Source: Promethearchaeota archaeon (GTDB taxonomy: Archaea > Asgardarchaeota > Lokiarchaeia > Sigyniarchaeales > SOKP01). From it: a stretch of 21,960 nt of DNA. The notes under the pieces are model-generated. The model was not told where the DNA came from, did not search any database, and saw only the letters and a list, made by a program, of their open reading frames with translations. The DNA lies in the NCBI GenBank assembly GCA_013375475.1, contig JABXKD010000066.1, positions 1 to 21,960 on the forward strand. The letters are read 5' to 3'. Shown piece by piece: positions 18,471-21,960 of this stretch. Within the stretch, counting starts at the first letter, position 1, and every line of letters starts with the position of its first letter. A program made the translations under genes and the position numbers.

Positions 18471-19712
18471 TTATCCTGCCAATTTTCCTACTTTTCTGTG
18501 GATAAGATTCCTTATCTCCCGTATATTCTTATCCATATTGTAAAAATCAAATTCCAATCCTAACCTCGATTTAAGTAGTGTAGGAATGTGATTCACATCA
18601 TAAAAAACCGGTATGATAGGCATACCAATCGCCTCTGCCGCCGTCCACTCTTTTTTAACGGGGACTGAATTTTTCGCATTTTCCGAACAGAATAAAATCA
18701 TTGTATCACATTTCTCGAGACTTTTATCCATATATTCAAAAATATTGTCTTCCATGTGTTCTTCCCAATATAGAACATTCTCTAACTCAGGATATTCAAT
18801 AAGCTTCTTAGCAATATCATGAACTTTAAAAGTATCTACATCCTTCGTGGCATAACTCATAAAAATATACTTTTTATCCTCAAGTTCTTTATCTTTAAGA
18901 ATTTGTTCTTTAATGACTTTATCAGAGTTAGTCTTTTTCAAAACATATGACACTAATCTTAATTCTTCGTCTGAAGGTAATTTCTTTTTTTTTTTTTTTT
19001 CTCGTTTTTCTCTTATGGGTTTTACTCCATAGTATAATAACAAAACCAAACTAAAAAATCCAAACATATAGAAACCCGATAAAATTCCAGGTTTAGAAGT
19101 AGTAATAATATATGCAAAAAATACACAAAGAATAAAACTTAAAGATAATAAAAAATATTTTTTTCTAATTTTCCCTTTTAATTTCATACCTTTAATCATA
19201 ATCCCAAATCCAAAAATTAACAGTGAAAGTTCTAAATATAAAACAATAAAAAAGGCCAAAGAATAAAGATTAAAACGAATATTGGTTAGATTTTCTCCTG
19301 GGGTAGAAGGTATATCGATAAGAACTATGCTAAATGGATCATAGAATAAGATTATCTCAAAAATTAGGCACAATATTAAGTAAGTAACAAAAAAATACCG
19401 TTTTCTATTTGGTAGGTTAAGAGTTATAGCCACATAATTCAAAGCACTCAAACCAATGGGAGCCCAAAACCATTTGAAAATAATTATTGTAGCATCAAAA
19501 GATAAATTACTGCCAGTGTAAAGAATATATATAAATTCAATAGTGCCTGGCAAGAATGAAAGTGTTGCAGTAATGAGAGCAAACCCCGCATAATACAGCA
19601 ATTTTACTTGATACACTTTCGCTTTATGAAAATAGTAAAAACCGGCTATAATATCAAAAAAAACTTTAGTTGTATTAGCTATCGCAAAGAACCAGCCTTC
19701 AATCGAAAGCAT
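18471..19712 (-). CDS. 7TM membrane protein fused to a C-terminal TIR (TIR_2) domain
   Basis: Seven hydrophobic segments in residues ~6-230, a poly-Lys linker, then TIR motifs IFMSYA..D, MD..LEKCD..ILFCS.NA..S..VKKEW.AA and IIPVF. Confidence 0.9.
   Translation of the reverse strand: MLSIEGWFFAIANTTKVFFDIIAGFYYFHKAKVYQVKLLYYAGFALITATLSFLPGTIEFIYILYTGSNLSFDATIIIFKWFWAPIGLSALNYVAITLNLPNRKRYFFVTYLILCLIFEIILFYDPFSIVLIDIPSTPGENLTNIRFNLYSLAFFIVLYLELSLLIFGFGIMIKGMKLKGKIRKKYFLLSLSFILCVFFAYIITTSKPGILSGFYMFGFFSLVLLLYYGVKPIREKREKKKKKKLPSDEELRLVSYVLKKTNSDKVIKEQILKDKELEDKKYIFMSYATKDVDTFKVHDIAKKLIEYPELENVLYWEEHMEDNIFEYMDKSLEKCDTMILFCSENAKNSVPVKKEWTAAEAIGMPIIPVFYDVNHIPTLLKSRLGLEFDFYNMDKNIREIRNLIHRKVGKLAG
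18985..19000 (-). repeat. A16 homopolymer (coding strand) within 7TM-TIR linker
   Basis: 16 consecutive T on the + strand, encoding EKKKKK. It is the longest homopolymer I saw in the window. Confidence 0.9.
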
Positions 19713-19941
19713 TTCTATATCCTTTCAAGGCTAATTACATTTTTAGACATTTAAGTTAAAAATAATAATGATATATTAATATATAAAGACTTCTTAAAAA
19801 GGGGAAAGATTTTAGAAATTTTGTATATACACCTGATTTTATTTAAAAATAATTATATTTATAGCGATATCAATTTTTATAACCATTTTAATAGTTAAAA
19901 GAAGAGAAATAGAATGGAAATGAGTTTTAGTGAATTTTATT

Positions 19942-20883
19942 TTATTTTATTTTTTTATACATAGGGTAGAAAATTGGCGAAATATACGCTCCAAATGTTT
20001 TAGAGTAAAATTTAACGGTATTCCCTTCAACCCACATAATTTCGCATCTATCCAATCCTTTTTGCTTAATGTCCCATAAGCACCATAAGAAAAGTTCCGT
20101 TCCAATTCCTTTCTCACGTAATAACTCATTAACTCCTGTCGGACCAAACGAGCCTGGAAAGAACTGACTATGAGTAGCCCACCCTACAATCTCATTATTC
20201 TCGTCTTTTGCTATAAAAGTTGAGGGGGGTTGAAGTTTAAACGAAAAGTTAACTTCTTCAGCCCAAGTATTATTTGGAAAGTGTCGTTTTACGAACTCAA
20301 ATGTTTTCTTGAAATCTTTAGGTTGAACGCGCTCATATATGTATCCGTCTTTGTTTCTCACGGGCTCTTTATTAATTGCATTCAAAGAAACCGTGAGATT
20401 GAATATGGCTCTATGCGATTTAAATCCATGTTTTTTTAAAAAGAAATAAAGACTAGTATTGCGGATATCGACCCCAGGTTGCCAGTATTCTGGAACGCTG
20501 GGACCATAAATGACTTGAGTTATTTCTTTCTCCTTAACTCGGCTTAAAAACTCATAAAATATCTTAGAACCAAGTCCTTGTCGTCTGTATTTCTTGTCTA
20601 CTACACATCCTTTAAAAAAGCAATAGTTTTCATTCATTTCATTTCTTTTTACAACAATAAAAGCAGCGATCGGTTTATTATTTTCAGGATTAAATAAGAT
20701 CAAGGATAAATTTGGATCAAAACCATCGTCTTCTAGAGTTCCTCTTCGAAAATAATCAAACGGTATCGAAAAGAAGCGGGAATTATTTTCGAATAATTGA
20801 TACACGCTCTGAATATTATCGTTCGATAATTTTCTATAAACCATGTTATCAATTGTTATCTGCTTGTGTTCTTCTCCTTCCAT
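19942..20883 (-). CDS. Tandem GNAT-family N-acetyltransferase
   Basis: Two acetyl-CoA motif-A copies (VDKKYRRQGLGS and FGPTGVNELLREKGIG), followed by FLKKHGF and FYSK motifs respectively. Confidence 0.9.
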   Translation of the reverse strand: MEGEEHKQITIDNMVYRKLSNDNIQSVYQLFENNSRFFSIPFDYFRRGTLEDDGFDPNLSLILFNPENNKPIAAFIVVKRNEMNENYCFFKGCVVDKKYRRQGLGSKIFYEFLSRVKEKEITQVIYGPSVPEYWQPGVDIRNTSLYFFLKKHGFKSHRAIFNLTVSLNAINKEPVRNKDGYIYERVQPKDFKKTFEFVKRHFPNNTWAEEVNFSFKLQPPSTFIAKDENNEIVGWATHSQFFPGSFGPTGVNELLREKGIGTELFLWCLWDIKQKGLDRCEIMWVEGNTVKFYSKTFGAYISPIFYPMYKKIK

Positions 20884-20913
20884 TTCTTTATTCCTCTTTT
20901 TTAATAAAATTGA

Positions 20914-21609
20914 TCACAGAACATCTATTAAATCTTTCAAATCTCCACTAAAAGTCGGTTCAGGAGTTTCAGGACTCAGTTTTGTATTTGAGCTGTTTAC
21001 TAAGAAGGTCTGTGAGCCTAAATTGGCACATACCATGTCCTTATCTTCGTCCCCTACCATAATACATTCTTTAGCAGAGAGATTGAGATGTTTAAATATC
21101 AATTGATAATAAAGTAGATTTGGTTTAGTAGCACGTGAGTTTTCAATACTGGTTATGAGATCGTATGGAAAATCACCAATTCCGGCCCAGTCAAGGCGTT
21201 GCTCTATAGCAGTTAGAGGAAAAACTGGTGTTGTTGCAATTACAACCTTATAATCTTTGTTAAAAGCGGTTTGAACGACTTTTCGTGCTTCCGGTTTCTT
21301 TTCTGTAAATTTCTGTAATTCCTTATAATCTTCCTCGTAAAATTTATCAAATAGTGGTTGGATCTGGTCATTTTCATAGCCTTCAACAGGAAAAAAAGCG
21401 TTTAAAAACACTTCCTCATTTGAGATTTTGCCGTTGTTTCTATTTACGAATTCAGACGCTTTTAATATGGCAGGAACCATCTTTTTAGGAGGGATTAAAT
21501 GAGCTACATTCTTCGCTAATAATTTTAAATATCCCGGAACGAATTGGTTTAAATCCACATCTATTAAGGTTCCATCTAAGTCGAATAAGATCGCTTTAAG
21601 TTGTCCCAT
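20914..21609 (-). CDS. HAD-superfamily hydrolase (phosphatase, subfamily IA)
   Basis: Motif I FDLDGTL, motif II IATT, motif III KP and motif IV MVGDEDKD. ATG 21609 preferred over TTG 21621. Confidence 0.93.
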   Translation of the reverse strand: MGQLKAILFDLDGTLIDVDLNQFVPGYLKLLAKNVAHLIPPKKMVPAILKASEFVNRNNGKISNEEVFLNAFFPVEGYENDQIQPLFDKFYEEDYKELQKFTEKKPEARKVVQTAFNKDYKVVIATTPVFPLTAIEQRLDWAGIGDFPYDLITSIENSRATKPNLLYYQLIFKHLNLSAKECIMVGDEDKDMVCANLGSQTFLVNSSNTKLSPETPEPTFSGDLKDLIDVL

Positions 21610-21693
21610 AATTTTACGCAAGTTGAAATAAATGCAATATATTAAATCTAAATCATATTAGCAATTATAATTTGTTATTTATCTTTCTTAAAC

Positions 21694-21734
21694 TAGTTTG
21701 AAATAGTTTGAAATAAAGTTTTAATAGTTTGTAA
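21694..21734. promoter_or_regulatory. 10-bp direct repeats (TAGTTTGAAA x2 plus TAGTTTGTAA) in divergent promoter region
   Basis: Exact copies at 21694-21703 and 21704-21713, with a one-mismatch copy at 21725-21734. Confidence 0.45.
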
Positions 21735-21834
21735 ATTACTTTAAATAGTAAAAAAAAATATTAATAGAGTTCTACAATTAATATTAATATATTAAATTTC
21801 AATATGTTCTTTTTGACATATTAGAGCAAATCTT

Positions 21835-21960
21835 ATGAAATTAAACCTTAGTGATTTAAATAACGGATATGTTTACTTAGGGGATAAGCTAAAGGTTAGG
21901 ACTACATTCAATTTCAACGAAGATTCGTCAATATTATGGTCTGGGATTCGTCTTTTAACT
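21835..21960 (+). CDS. N-terminus of a protein running off the window; possible arrestin/Vps26/SpoOM-like beta-sandwich
   Basis: ATG 21835 with 42 open codons to the edge: MKLNLSDLNNGYVYLGDKLKVRTTFNFNEDSSILWSGIRLLT. The alternating beta pattern and 'VY.GD.l.v' resemble arrestin-N starts. Confidence 0.6.
   Translation, partial: MKLNLSDLNNGYVYLGDKLKVRTTFNFNEDSSILWSGIRLLT

Noticed and set aside
1708-21106. Short nested or antisense ORFs in the track (e.g. 1708-1932, 2924-3235, 6223-6441, 6475-6684, 10084-10287, 11658-11906, 12348-12530, 12908-13132, 13756-13944, 14105-14329, 15845-16078, 16978-17274, 17133-17378, 17684-17905, 18613-18822, 19947-20147, 20230-20439, 20712-20951, 20843-21106)
   Set aside because: All overlap well-supported longer genes and show no motifs; treated as shadow ORFs.
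21694-21734. CRISPR-like GTTTGAAA repeats
   Set aside because: Units are 10 bp with no spacers, and no cas genes are present.

Overview
AT-rich, gene-dense archaeal window with 16 likely protein-coding genes (two cut by the window edges) and one candidate small ORF. I see no RNA genes, CRISPR array or transposase. The gene content (DRG GTPase, two geranylgeranyl-reductase paralogues, a profilin-like protein, a 7TM-fused TIR protein, a UroD paralogue, GGTG/GAGGTG ribosome-binding sites) points to an Asgard archaeon, probably Lokiarchaeia; this is an inference. Highlights: (1) a profilin-like gene with a C-terminal extension, apparently translationally coupled to a large unknown protein; (2) a 7TM-TIR receptor-like protein with an A16 homopolymer between sensor and TIR; (3) a four-gene enzyme cassette bracketed by an imperfect 18-bp direct repeat; (4) a sulfatase / GH94-like / GPH-transporter glycan-utilisation locus with an atypical GH94 active site; (5) three genes that appear to start at ATA/ATC/ATT; (6) a possible arrestin/Vps26-like gene at the right edge. 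All family assignments come from motif recognition by eye, not database searches.
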